Shown piece by piece: positions 25,972 through 38,919 of a stretch of DNA of 64,000 nucleotides. The notes beneath the pieces were generated by a model that saw nothing but the letters and a program-made list of their open reading frames with translations, was not told where the DNA came from and made no database searches. The stretch is from Carcharhinus longimanus (Eukaryota), in NCBI GenBank assembly GCA_030264375.1, contig JASCQW010000105.1:37772108-37836107 (forward strand), read 5' to 3'. Positions within the stretch are counted from its first letter, which is position 1; every line of letters begins with the position of its first letter. A program made the position numbers and the translations under genes.

Positions 25972-26214
<243 letters not shown>

Positions 26215-26444
26215 TTACAATAAAATGCAAAACTATAACTGAAAGTGATTATTTTCAGATTTCTTAGTTTAGACAGAATACAGATACCAACAAAGCCAAC
26301 AGTAGTACAGGAATGATGACATACTCATATTAGTGCAGTAAGAGATTTAAATGATTTTTTAAGACAAATAAGTTGATACTTTAAATGCATTTCAAGTATT
26401 TTACTGAGAGTGAACATTTTCCGTCAATGCAAGGTACAGAAAAA

Positions 26445-26740
26445 CGTAATCACAGGATCCCTACAGTACAGAAGGCAGCCATTTGGTCCATCGAGTCTGC
26501 AGCAGCCACAGTCCCTCCCAGGCACTGTTCCCGTAACCCTACATACTTACCATACTAATCCCCCTGACATTAGGATCAATCGAGCATGGCCAATCAAGCT
26601 AACCCATATATCTTTGGGCTGTGGGAAGAAACCGAACACCCACACAATCCACACAAATACAGGAGAATATGCAAACTGCACAGAATTGAACCCGGGTCCC
26701 TGGTGCTATGAGGCAACAGTTCTAATGACTGTGCCACTGT
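26445..26740 (-). mobile_element. HE1-like V-SINE
   Basis: Tail 'atccctacagtacagaaggcagccatttggtccatcgagtctgca', reversed V-domain and B-box 'gaattgaacccgggtccctggtgct'. Confidence 0.75.
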
Positions 26741-27379
26741 ATCAGCTCCCATCTGACCATCTCATGACAGCTGTCACCCCTAATGGGAACAGTTGAAAAG
26801 TTTAACAACCACTGACAGACAAACCCTAACTAGTATTGCTTTATCTGGGAGATCACTGGAAGGGAGCACATTTTGAATCTTTAACGAAAGTTGGTTCGCA
26901 GCCCAGACACATTAGACATAACCTCAGAAACGAGGATAGGTGTCTAGTCAATCTTGGCAGTGAGCCAAAAAACCTCCGCGTTGGCCATTATAGTAATGGT
27001 TGCCATATCTAATCAAACGAAAGTGGGATTAACATCCGGTTAGTAAATGACAAATAAGAAGCCACTGTATGCTGGAAAGAAGTGAACAATTGGCTGGATT
27101 ATCTGACATAGATTTATATTGATGTATTAACATTAAATGAAATTACTTTTGTACTAATGTCAGACAGAGAATTAGATTAAGAAAATGTATAGTCTGCATT
27201 CTGTATCTGAGATCATCATCAATAATCTCTCCTATTGATCACTGGTTTTTCATAATTTTACCTATATACTGTGATATTTGTTTCCCTGAGTATATTTACT
27301 ATTTCATCGGAAAACCACATTAAGTTACATGCAATTACCAGCCTTGCAAAAGTACAAATACATATCACAGGAATCTAAC

Positions 27380-28065
27380 AACACCACTGTAGTGGGTTGG
27401 ATCTCAAACAATGACAAGGCAGAGTACAGGAATGAGATAGAGAATCTGGTGAATTGGTGCAGCAACAATAATCTCTCCCTCAACTCAACAAAATGAAGGA
27501 CATTGTCATCGACTTCAGGAAACCTAAAGGAGATCATGTTCCTGTCTACATCAACGGGGAGGAAGTAGAATGGGTCAACAGCTTCAAATCTTTGGGTGTC
27601 AAGATCACCAAAAACCTGTCTTGGTTCCCCCCCCCATGCTGACACTATANNNNNNNNNNNNNNNNNNNNNNNNNNNNNNNNNNNNNNNNNNNNNNNNNNN
27701 NNNNNNNNNNNNNNNNNNNNNNNNNNNNNNNNNNNNNNNNNNNNNNNNNNNNNNNNNNNNNNNNNNNNNNNNNNNNNNNNNNNNNNNNNNNNNNNNNNNN
27801 NNNNNNNNNNNNNNNNNNNNNNNNNNNNNNNNNNNNNNNNNNNNNNNNNNNNNNNNTCTCCCACCTTCTTCCTTCTGGAAAAAGATACAAGAGTCTGAGA
27901 TCACGTACCAACTGACTCAAGAACAGCTTCTTCCCTGCTGCTGCTCAGACTTTTAAATGGACTTATTACCATGCATTAGGTTTACCTTTCTCTACACCCT
28001 AGCTATGACTGTAATACTACAGTCTGCACTCTCTCGTTAATACATTTGACAATAATAAATCAAAT
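27380..28065 (+). mobile_element. Rex1/Babar-type LINE 3' fragment
   Basis: Translates 'TTVVGWISNNDKAEYRNEIENLVNWCSNNNLSLN...DIVIDFRK'; ends 'aataataaatcaaat'. Confidence 0.75.
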
Positions 28066-28074
28066 TAAATTGTA

Positions 28075-28495
28075 ATGGAGAAAATGTGACAGCCAAGTTG
28101 CATACACAAACTGGAATGCAATGAGGACCAGATAACCTGGTTTTTGGCAATGTTGATTGAGGGATAACTATTGGCCAGACACCAAGTATTACTCCCCAGC
28201 TTTCCTTCAAAATCCATGGGATCGCTTACATCCTCCTGAGGTGTAGATAGGGCCCTGTTTTCACAACTTGGGGATACCATGCTTGTTGACGTTGAAGGAA
28301 AGATTATTGTTGCTGCACCAGTTCATCAGATTCTCCATCATCTCATTCCTGTATTCTGCCTCGTCATTGCTGACGACACCATCATAATGGGTTGGATCTC
28401 AAACAAATTAGATGAGTTGTGAAAACAGGGCCCTATCTGCACCAAAGGGTCAATTTAATTTTTGTGCTTAATCCCTGGAGTGGGAATTTGAGGAG
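28075..28495 (-). mobile_element. Deu-domain SINE, internally rearranged
   Basis: 'tgttgattgagggataactattggccagacacc...ccatgggatc...cctgaggtgtagatagggcc' and distal 'tgtgcttaatccctggagtggga'. Confidence 0.7.
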
Positions 28496-28669
28496 TTCCT
28501 TCTTGTGCAGTCTGGGAATTTGAGAAACACGTACATCTTCCTATTATAGGTTTATTGGAGCATACTTGCATACTAAGTGGGGTCATATCCAACACCAGAT
28601 CTTTAAACTGAAACACATTGAAAACTGATTTAAGCTTACACTAAAAAAAAGATATGAACAGAGTTAAAT

Positions 28670-31230
28670 GTAGAACCACAGAAAGGTTACAGTGCAGAAA
28701 GAGGTCATTCAGTCCATTGTGTCTGCACTGGCCAAAAAAAGGTGAAAAAACTAACCATTCATTTTAATCCTGCTTTCCTGCACCAGGTCCATAGCCTTGC
28801 GGGTTAGATGCAAATCCAGATACCTTTCAAATGAGTTGAGTGTTTTGGCCTCAGCCATCAACTTAGGCAGTGAATTTGTGCCCATCACCCACTGGGTGAA
28901 AAGGCTTTTCTTTGTGTCCCCTCTAATACTTCTACCTCTCACCTTAAATCTATGTTGCCTAAGACCTCTCAGCTAAAGGAAACACGTTTTTCCACAATTT
29001 TGTACACATTAATTAGGTCATTTCTTAGCTTTCCCTGTTCTAAGGAAAACAACCCTAGCCTATCCAATCTGTCCTCATTGGTGAGATTTTCAAGTCCCAG
29101 CAACATTCTTGTAAATCTCCTCTAGAACAATTTTGTCCATCCTGTAATGTGGTGACCAGAGCTGTACACAAAATTCCAGTCCTTGCTTAACCAGCGTTTT
29201 ACACTGTTTAGTCATTACATTCCTGTTTTTATATTTAGTACCTTGCTCAATAAAGGAATGCATTCCATATGCTTTCTTCACCACTTGTCCTGTCACCTTC
29301 AAGGATCTATGGACATGCACTCCAAGGTCTTTCACTTCCTCAACGCCTCTCAATATCTTCCCATTCACCAAGTATGTATTTCCTTGTTCTGTTGCACTTC
29401 CCAAATGCATTACCTCACATTTTTCCATTTACCACTTCTCTGCCAACTCAGTCATACAACTGATATCATTCTGGAGTCAACAGCTATCCACTTCACTATC
29501 AACTACACTGCCCATTTGTGTCATTGACAAATTTCCTGATCATGACTCCCATTTCTAAGACTAAATCATTAATATAAACAAATAGCAAGGGGCCCAAGAC
29601 TGAGGCCTGTGAAACACCATTGGAAACCATTTTGCATTTCCATTTGCAGAAACGTACATCAACAATTGCACTTTGTTTCCCTTCAACGAGCTAATTTTGG
29701 ATCCAACTTTTTTAGTAAGAAGTGTCACAAAAACACGTTAAATTCCAANNNNNNNNNNNNNNNNNNNGCGCTGTGAAAGCTAGTGGTGTTTGCTATCAAA
29801 TAAACCTGTTGGACTTTACCCTGGTGTTGTGAGACTTCTTACTGGTGTTTACCCCAGTCCAATGCCAGCATCTCCACATCATGACCTCTTTTCTAACCAG
29901 TCTGCCACATGGAACCTTGGCAAAAGTCTTCCTGAAATCCATCTCTTCCACTAATAAAACCATGCTAACTATCCCTGATCTTTCCAAATCTTCCCTAATA
30001 ACAATTAATTCTGTCTCCAAGAGTTGTTCCCAATAACTTTCCCACCATCGAAGTTGGATTGACCAGCCTATAAGTTTTCCTGGTTTATCCCTTGCACCCT
30101 TTTTAAATAATGCTGCAACATTTGCAGACCTCCAAACCCCTGGGACAAGCCTGTAGTTAGTGAGGATTGAAAAATGATCCTCATAGTGTCTGTTATTTCC
30201 TCCCTGGCTTCCTCCAAAGCCTGGGATATACAATCCACCTGGGCCTGATTAATCCACCTTCAAGGATGCTACTTCTTTTCTCACTATGGTTTTTTGTATC
30301 TAATATCTCATACTCCTCTTTAACTAGAATGTCTGCATCATCCCTCACCTTGGTGAGAATAAAGACAAAGTAATTGTGAACCCTGCCCACGTCTTCTGAA
30401 TCAGGCCATAAGTTACCACGTACATCTCTGACAGGCTCTTGCTCTCACTGTATTGTAAAACATCTTAGGATTTTATCAGCCAATATGTTTTCTCCATCCT
30501 CCCTTTGCTTTCCTAATTTCCATTTTTACTTCACCCCTGTACTTTCTATACTCTTCTGAGCTTAATACGGATTCAAGTCTTTTGTGACTACAGTGAGCTT
30601 TCTTTTTGAGCTTTATCTTGGCCTGTGTGCTTCTGGATAATCTTAGGGTTCTAGATTTGACTGTACTACTTTTTATCTATATGGGGACTTGTCTACAGTC
30701 CGTCCATTGAATCTTCACTTTTGAATACCTCTCATTGATCTGACACAGTTTTTCCTTCTAAAGGTGTATCCAGTCCACTCCTGCCAGCTCATCTCTCAGC
30801 TTTGTAAAATCTATCTTCCCCCAATTAACACCTTTTACTCCTGTTCCATCTTTGTCCTTTTCCATAATGATACTAAATCTAAGTATATTATGGTCAGTAA
30901 CTCCAAAATGGTCCCCCACTGCGATTTCATCCACTTGCTCAGCTTAATTTCCTATGATTAAGTCCAGAATTGTGACCCCTCTTGTTGGGATTGTTAAATG
31001 TTGGCTAAAACAGTATACTTGAATGCAATCCAAGAATTTTGCACCCTCTGTGCTCTTCACACTGTATCCTAAGTGATATTAGGATAAAGTCCCCAAGACT
31101 GCTGCCCTCTTGATTTTTCTGACTACATATTTGGTCTTTTAATTCCCCTCCACTATTTGAGGGTTTATAGTACAGTCCTAGCATTATGCCTGCCCCTTTT
31201 GTATTTCGGAGCTTAACTGATACGGCGGTG
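28670..31230 (-). mobile_element. long decayed CR1 LINE (endonuclease-RT ORF2)
   Basis: ORFs 'EKCEVMHLG...DLGVHVHRSLKV', 'WRSANVAALFKKGARDKPG'. Confidence 0.9.
29714..29883 (+). mobile_element. Penelope-like fold-back fragment, family A (N gap in centre), inside CR1
   Basis: Inverted arm 'agtaagaagtgtcacaa...' plus 'gaaagctagtg...ctggtgttgtgagacttcttact...ccccagtccaatgccagcatctccacatcatg'. Confidence 0.75.
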
Positions 31231-32829
31231 GTTCTTCTCTAGGTGGTGGTGTGACAGAGCAATAAACCTAGCATACCTGCCAATGCTCCATGCACTGCCT
31301 CTGGAAAAGAAATAGGGTGCAGAAAATTGCAGTAACAGCCTGCTTCATTTTACATGAATTTGAATCAGAAATATAATGAGCCATCATGAACTTGAAGGTT
31401 TTTCAGGAAATGATTGACCTGCTGAGTGGGTAAAATATAAATAGCTTCTGGATAATGGAATAGACTCATAAGAGGCAAGTGGAATTCAATAATTGGTAAA
31501 TACAAGGTAATAAAAATTGGTTTTTAAAAAAGTATACTTCAAGTGAGAGAAAACAGACTGAAACTCATGATCTGAAAGGGTAGTACAGGCAGAAATGCTA
31601 ATTGTATTTGTAAAGTTTTTGGATGTGTACTTGAAGCATTAATCTACTAGCTGTAGACCAAGTAGTGGAAAGTGGAATTAGGCATATAGGACTCTTTAAG
31701 CTACTACAGACAATAGACCAAATGGTCTCTTTTTGTGCTAGAATTTATATATTAGAGCAAGGTTACATATATATAAAATTAAATACAAGACATTCACGTC
31801 AATGGGGAAGAGAAAGTTTATGGATAGTTGTGCAGCTGTGGAATGCACTACCAGAGGTCATGATTGATGCAGAGACCATGTCAACAATCAAAGATAGATT
31901 TGGTACGTGAAGGAAAGAGCAAACAAGTATGGAAAGGAGCAGACACATGGGAGTATGGGTATGCTGAGCCGAACAGAATGCTTCTGTGTTGTAATTTTAT
32001 ATGTGGTGGTCATGCTGCAAGCTGACTCGTGGCTTGTGACTGATCAAGATGGAGAAGGCTCATCCAGCAAGGGACCAAACTCATTGAAAGACTTTGCTGG
32101 GATTGTGCAGAGGTGATGTTGAGGTGTCAAAGGGAGCAGACTAACCTTCAAATGCCCCACCTACCAACCCTTGAAGCACTACCTGCATAGTTTGTGGCAG
32201 GGTTTGCTGATCACGTATTGGACTTATCAGCCATTTCAGAACCCATTGAACAGGAGTGGAAGCTAGTCATTCTTGATCCTGATAGTCTGTCCAAGGAACA
32301 GGAGGTAATGCCATATGGCTTCAGAGCAAATAAATTTCATTTTGAATTGACAAAATGAAAATTGAAAAATCAGATAACTGATTCTATTTCCATATTAGAA
32401 ATATAACAAAAGTAGCAACTGCATGAATTTTTAAAAAGGCCCCATCAATGCAGAATGAAAGTAACACATCAACATTAACTGCACATTTCTGAGACTGCCA
32501 GCAAGATTAGTTTTTGCTGAGACTGGTGAAAAATTTTGCAAGTCTCTCACTTTTATCTGCTGCTAGGATAAGTCATGTTGTAAATAAAAAAACCAACAAC
32601 ATCGTAACAAAGTCCTTAAAAATTTATAGCAAATACTTGAAGTACCTGAAATGTGAATCTGTTTAACATTTAGTGTAAAACAAGCTTTCCATAAGCTTTA
32701 AATCAATGTTAACCAAAATGTTATCTCTGTCACTTTTGAATAACTGACATATTTAAAATAATTTGTAAATAGTATTCAAGCCAGCAGTTATTATGGAAAC
32801 AAACTGGATTTATTTGTTTTGAGGGACGT

Positions 32830-33770
32830 TGATGCGAGGTATTCCTTCAGCAGAAGCATATTAATTTACTTAAGCTGGGCATCAGTTTTGCAAGAAGGGA
32901 AGGCCATCAAGCCAGCAGGTAAGTGACTGGCTGGTGACTGGTAAGTAGTTTTTCCTTTCTTTTTTCATTTTTTTGTCTTGGCATTGTTGTTGTAAGTTAA
33001 CTTTCAGATTAAGTTATGGCACAAGATCCCAGACCTGTGTCATGCTCTGCTTGTGTTGTGGGAATTCAGGGATTCTTCCAGCATCCCTGGCTCCTTCACA
33101 TGCAAGTGTGTCCAATTACAGCTCCTGTTAGATCGCTTGACGGTTCGGATGGATTCACTTTGGAGCATCCAAGATACTGAGAAAGTTGTGGATAGCACAT
33201 TCAGGGAATTGGTCACTCCGCAGATAAAAATTACTGGGGAGACGAGGAACGGGTCACCACCAGATAGAGGAAGAGTCGGAAGGCAAGTTAGGGGTCTGCC
33301 GAGGTCATCTCTCTCAAAAAACAGATATACTGTTTTGGAAACTGTTGGGGAAGATGGCTCACCAGTGAGGTGGCAGCAGCCAGGCTCATGATAGCGTGGT
33401 TGGCTCTGCTGCACAGCAGAGCAGAGAAAAGAGTGGCAGAGCTATCTTGATAGGAGACTCAACTGTAAGAGGAGTAGACCGGTGTTCCTGCAGACACAAA
33501 CGAGACTCCAAGATGGTATGTTGCCTCCCTGGTGCAAGAATCAAAGGTATCTCGTAACAGCTGCTGGACATTCTGGAGGGGGAGGGAGAAAAGCCAGCTT
33601 TCGTGGTGCAAATAGGCACCAACGATAAAGGTAACAAAAAAAGGGATGAGGTCCACAGCTGAATTTAGGGAATTAGAAGTTATACTAAAAAGTAGGGCCA
33701 CAAAAGGTAGTGATCTTAGGACTGCTATCAGTGCCATGTGCTAGTCAGAGTAGGATTGTCAGTTTCAGGG
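32830..33770 (+). mobile_element. CR1 5'UTR and ORF1 remnant (Cys-rich/coiled coil plus SGNH esterase)
   Basis: ORF 33053-33391 'WEFRDSSSIPGSFTCKCVQLQLLLDRL'; downstream 'LIGDSTVRGVDR...MVCCLPGARIKGIS...VVQIGTND'. Confidence 0.85.
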
Positions 33771-34784
33771 GGAAAAAATCCTACTACCTTGCCCCAAAAA
33801 TCCTCTGCTCAGATCAGTACACTTTTGCACCAAACATCTGATGCTCCTATTAAAGAAACTGATGTTCTTTAGTAGAATAACTGTTAAATTTGTAAACTTT
33901 AGCACTTTCTAAACTACCAAAATCACTTCTGGTCAAACATAACCAATTTTATTAAACTAATTATATTAATGGGAAGTTCAGTGTATTATGAGATGATGAA
34001 AGGTGCTATATACGTGCAAGTCTTTCCTTTTCTATCAATATGTTAGAAAGAAACTATATGGACCTAGTAATTCATACATCCCAGGAAACTGAAATTTATT
34101 TACTAATTTGGCCAAGCAAGTTGGGTTTGGTTTTTAAATTCACTTTATGGGTTTTGTGNNNNNNNNNNNNNNNNNNNNNNNNNNNNNNNNNNNNNNNNNN
34201 NNNNNNNNNNNNNNNNNNNNNNNNNNNNNNNNNNNNNNNNNNNNNNNNNNNNNNNNNNAATTCACTTTATGGGTTTTGGGTATCACTGGCTAAGCCAGCA
34301 TTTATTGCCCATGCCCAAATGCTCTTTAGAAGTGGCGGTCTGAGGTTTAGGTACACTCACAGTGCTATTAGAGAGGGAGTTCCTGGATTTTGACCGACGG
34401 ACAGTGAAGGAACAACAATACATTCCAAATCAAGGTGGTGAGTAACGTGGAGGGAAAGCTCCAGGTGGTATTCCCAGGCTCTTGTCCTCCAAGGTGGTCA
34501 CGTACGAGGGTTTGCTAGCTAAGGAATCTTGGTGAGTTCCTGCATTGCATATTGTAGATGGTACACGCGGCTGCCACTGTTGCTGGTAATGGAGAGGTTG
34601 AATGTTTGTGGAAGACATAGCAATCAAGATGGGCTACTTTATCATTGGCCATCTTCAATTGTTATTTGGAAAGGACAAAATTTTACGCCACATATTTATT
34701 AGCTCCAAATGTTACCTTTTCATGCAAATTTAAAAATATACTTTCTACAAGAAACAGCCACGCTTGTTGCGAAAATATTCTTAC

Positions 34785-34899
34785 TTCTCACAGAAGTCAT
34801 TCATAACTGCCCAGTATGACTCAGGCACAGCAAACCATTCACAATCTCCAGGACCTATATTAATGTTAACAGAGCAGAAATTGTTGTTTTCTTGATGAC
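34785..34899 (-). CDS. KDM6A: KDM6A JmjC exon ([38 protein letters not shown]), exon 24 equivalent
   Basis: 115 bp, AG/GT; HxE Fe-binding motif. Confidence 0.98.
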
Positions 34900-36896
34900 C
34901 TGTGAACATAAGCAAAACAATTGGTTTAAAAAAAAATGAAAACGTTTCTTCCACGCTGTCATTTAAAGATTTTTGTTCAAGTATTTGTGATCAGTCAAAT
35001 TATTCAACTATTCCTTTCTATCAAGCATTGCTGCTTCAATATATCTCTATCATTTCATATCACATCCTTTCTTGGCAAATTAAACCACACAATGGTTCTA
35101 TGTTGTAAATTCGATGCAGTTTAATCTTAGTGCCCAAGGTATTGCAGTTTGCCACTATCTCATGATTCATGGTTTGAATTTCCACTTCTAATCCAATTAC
35201 AGAATTTTTTGTTGTTCATCGAGTTACGAACTCAACTTTTTAAAAAAAATGCAACATTCAATAATGTGAATCTGTAAGTTATTCTGAAGAAGGGCATCAA
35301 TGATGAGTATCTTTAAAACCATGCTGGGCTTCAATTAAATTCAAATATCAAGCGCATTTTTCTAAATCTAGCTCTTAAATTTTTCAATGACTGGAGTTCA
35401 AATATAACTTTTAACGAGTGGGTGTTGATTACAAGGGAGTGACACCAAGCAAAATTTTCAGATTATATATCAATATTCAACTCAAGTGGTGTTAATTTTC
35501 CAAATTCACAAACTAAATTATTGTCTGCATTCTGTCACTTATTTAGCTTTAAAAAAAAAAGCATAGTTCTACGAGCCATATTCCCTCTTGAATTTCCAAT
35601 TAGTTTGTGTAACATTTTTCTCAATTAGCTCCCAATGAACTGAACAGTATTATATATTCTTGATAACGTTTCATTGAGAAATATAATACTTATGCTAATG
35701 CCTGCACATATCACTGGACAGGTGTTAAGGTCTGTGCATCATCATTGCCTGGGATGTGACCTCTACTGGATTCTAAGAGCTACACCTGAGATTATTCATC
35801 TCTACTTTTCACAATGCAGTCAACATAAGGTGGGCTGAAAATCGTCTGGAGCCCACACAAACTTGTAAGCAATGTATCTTTCATTCCTCTAATAGCAAGT
35901 TTGTGCCAATTTTTCCTGTTCTTGTCCATCTCTTGTTTTAAGTGGCACTGGTTTAATTGTCAATTTGCACAATGTTCTTTAAGCATAAAATGCTATTTAG
36001 TGAATTTCATCAGGGAAAAATCAGGGAACTTTCAGTTTGCCTCTTCCTATTCATTCTCTGTATAAATGAAATATGCTGCTGTTCATAGGGAACAATCATA
36101 GAATGCTGCCTCTTTCGGATTTTTATTCTCAGAGTTTTAGGCTTCATTCTAAATTTCCTCCTTCGTTATTTAATTGTGGAAGTAAAAGTAAAGTAGATTG
36201 GCATAAGAAGTATAATTACTCTCAATAGCAAATGCTAAGGCTCTTGGTATACAAGGTCCGAGTGGCAGAGGAATAAATAAACTTGATATTTGATGGATAA
36301 AATATATCGATAAGTAATTTAATATTCGCAATTCCTAAACCTCCACATGTATAAATATGTTAAATGTCCCAGTTATGTGCAAAACAAGCTTGCTCATCTC
36401 TGACATTAATATTAAAGGCCATTTTAGAGCACTCAGGCATAAGTATACATTGATGCAACAATGTTTAGAAAACACATTCTGGTTATTCCATTTATCTCCC
36501 TTGCAGACGAAGTCTACAGAAATCAAGATGGATAAGCTTTAACTCGCTAGATAGCTTATGTGTCTCTTATTTACTTGATGCTTTGCTATTAAAGAAAACC
36601 AGTATCTGAATTGATCATTTAAGCACTATGTCAAAAGCTAAAGCTCTCAGGTTACTTCCTGTAGGGTCTAATTTTAAGGCTGTAACAGTTGACAAATTAA
36701 ACGCAAAATAATTTTAGAAGAGTGTCTTTGATTTAGTCCTAGAAGAAAGATGCATTAAGCTTATTCAGTATATGGAAGGCAGCAAGAAATATAGCTTTCA
36801 AAGTGATGACCTGGAGCAAAAACAATCTCAGGCTCAAAATAAGTGAAAAAAAATGAACTTATACTTGATGTGTATAAGTGCTCAAATCTCTTGGAT

Positions 36897-36970
36897 AAGA
36901 ACATAAGAAATAGGAGCAGGAGTAGGCCATCTAGCCCCTCGAGCCTGCCCTGCCATTCAATAAGATCATG
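36897..36970 (-). mobile_element. young CR1 3' end at a gap edge
   Basis: Nearly identical to 24745-24812. Confidence 0.8.
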
Positions 36971-37152
36971 NNNNNNNNNNNNNNNNNNNNNNNNNNNNNN
37001 NNNNNNNNNNNNNNNNNNNNNNNNNNNNNNNNNNNNNNNNNNNNNNNNNNNNNNNNNNNNNNNNNNNNNNNNNNNNNNNNNNNNNNNNNNNNNNNNNNNN
37101 NNNNNNNNNNNNNNNNNNNNNNNNNNNNNNNNNNNNNNNNNNNNNNNNNNNN

Positions 37153-37422
37153 TGTGGAGCTCAGTAAGTTGAGGTATAAGTTAGTGATGGATGAATGAGG
37201 ACACGGTGTGGAGCTCAGTAAGTTGAGGTATAAGTTAGTGATGGATGAATGAGGACACGGTGTGGAGCTCAGTAAGTTGAGGTGTAAGTTAGTGATGGAT
37301 GAATGAGGACACGGAGTGGAGCTCAGTAAGCTGAGGTATAAGTTAGTGATGGATGAATGAGGACTCGGTGTGGAGCTCAGTAAGTTGAGGTGTAAGTTAG
37401 TGATGGATGAATGAGGGCACGG
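37153..37422. repeat. 54-bp minisatellite, at least 5 units, running into a gap
   Basis: Unit 'tgtggagctcagtaagttgaggtataagttagtgatggatgaatgaggacacgg' starts at 37153, 37207, 37261, 37315 and 37369. Confidence 0.95.
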
Positions 37423-38809
37423 TGTAGATTTGAGAGTCTGGATCGGCCAATCCGTGCGGCTGGGGTAATGAAAAGTGAATCCAGTGATTTGAATTGGCTG
37501 CCCCCAGTGGGCCCATTCTGGGTGGCGGATTCAGTAGTTGTGGGCAGACTGGTCAGAACACCGGCAGTGTTTTATAAATGAGAGAACCTTCACTCCAATA
37601 CTGCTTCTTTTAATAAAAGCCGAGATGAGTTTAACATCGGCAGGAATTCACTGGCCAGGACATTGACAGTATGACAGTTATATGATGGTCTAACACACAC
37701 AGCGAGATTGAATTTCTCCCAAAGAACATTCCTAGGAAATCCCAACTTGTGTCTCCAATGTCCCTTATTCGGGATTCTGAATGCCAGCCACGATCGGTCC
37801 ATTCGAGCTTCCGACCTGGGATGGGAAATTAAGACACAGTGAGCGTGTGGAGAAGGGAAGATAGAGGCTTTCAGGGAACAGAGTCCCACGCAGGGCAGTG
37901 CATAATTCAAGGCAGACGGGAATTCAACGACAAAGAGACTGTATCTGGGAGTTTGTAGGAGCAGGTTTGGGACAAACTTCCATGACACATCACAACTGAG
38001 TCCAGTTCAACCCATAGCAGAGGAACTGTCAAAGCAGAAGCGCGCTTCAAGTATTTCCATTTCAAAACAAAATACTGGCACAATTATTTAGAATAATTTA
38101 GAATATTATTTAGAATAATTGTATAACTGTGACATTGATATTTGTCTTTTGCTGTCTAGTAAAGCCGCACGGTGCCTCAGTTAGACAATGGAATTCTTTA
38201 TTCTTAAAGAAATAAACAATAAGTATAAAAGGTTAAACAGGAAAGTTCAGAAATCCCTGTCGGCTGGTCACACGGAGGCTGGCCAACATTATTAATCATC
38301 CCCTGATCTTCCCACTAGGTGACCCTATTTACTCAATTAGAGTTCATAAGATTCAGTCTTGAGGGACTGGTTACGCGAGTTGTTTATAAGCTGCCCACAC
38401 TATCATTGGAGTCATGCTGAGCACAGAGTGCCTTTCCCTCTAATCTGTACTTCCACTCATCTTCTATGCGAATACAAGAATGTGGTGTCCTCACTCTCTC
38501 TGGATTCTGTGCAGCTGTTAAAGTGACCACTGTCCCACTGTTCTGGCCACACGGGATAGAAATGCTCCCTGCTGCCGGTATTCTAACCCGCACATCTCAT
38601 TCATGCATTGCTCTTGTGCTTACTGATCCACGCTGGGTTGAGAATCGGCGATTCAATGATTTTAAAATTCTCATCCTTGCTTTCAAATCCTTCCTTGGCC
38701 ACATCCCTCCCGATCTCTTTAACTTCCTCCAATCTCCCGAGAGGTCTAAGCTCCTCCAATTCTTGTGCATCTTAAGCTCCTCTTGTGCATCATCCAATTC
38801 TTTCATACA

Positions 38810-38913
38810 TAAAAACTGGAAATGCTGGATAGACTTGGCGGGTCTGGCAGCGTTTGTGAAGAGAGAGCGAGACAGAGCTAACGTTTCCAGTCCATTATGG
38901 CTTCTTCAGAGCT
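38810..38913 (-). mobile_element. Penelope-like pLTR fragment, family B, with minimal hammerhead motif at 38876-38913
   Basis: Minus strand AGCU-CUGAAGA-agccauaauggacug-GAAA-CG-UU-AGCU, then 'ctgtctcgctctctcttcacaaacgctgccagacc...ccagcatttcc'. Confidence 0.7.
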
Positions 38914-38919
38914 TCTTAC

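Noticed and set aside
37153-37422. Regularly spaced repeats resembling a CRISPR array
   Set aside because: Head-to-tail 54-bp units with no unique spacers, in vertebrate DNA; a minisatellite
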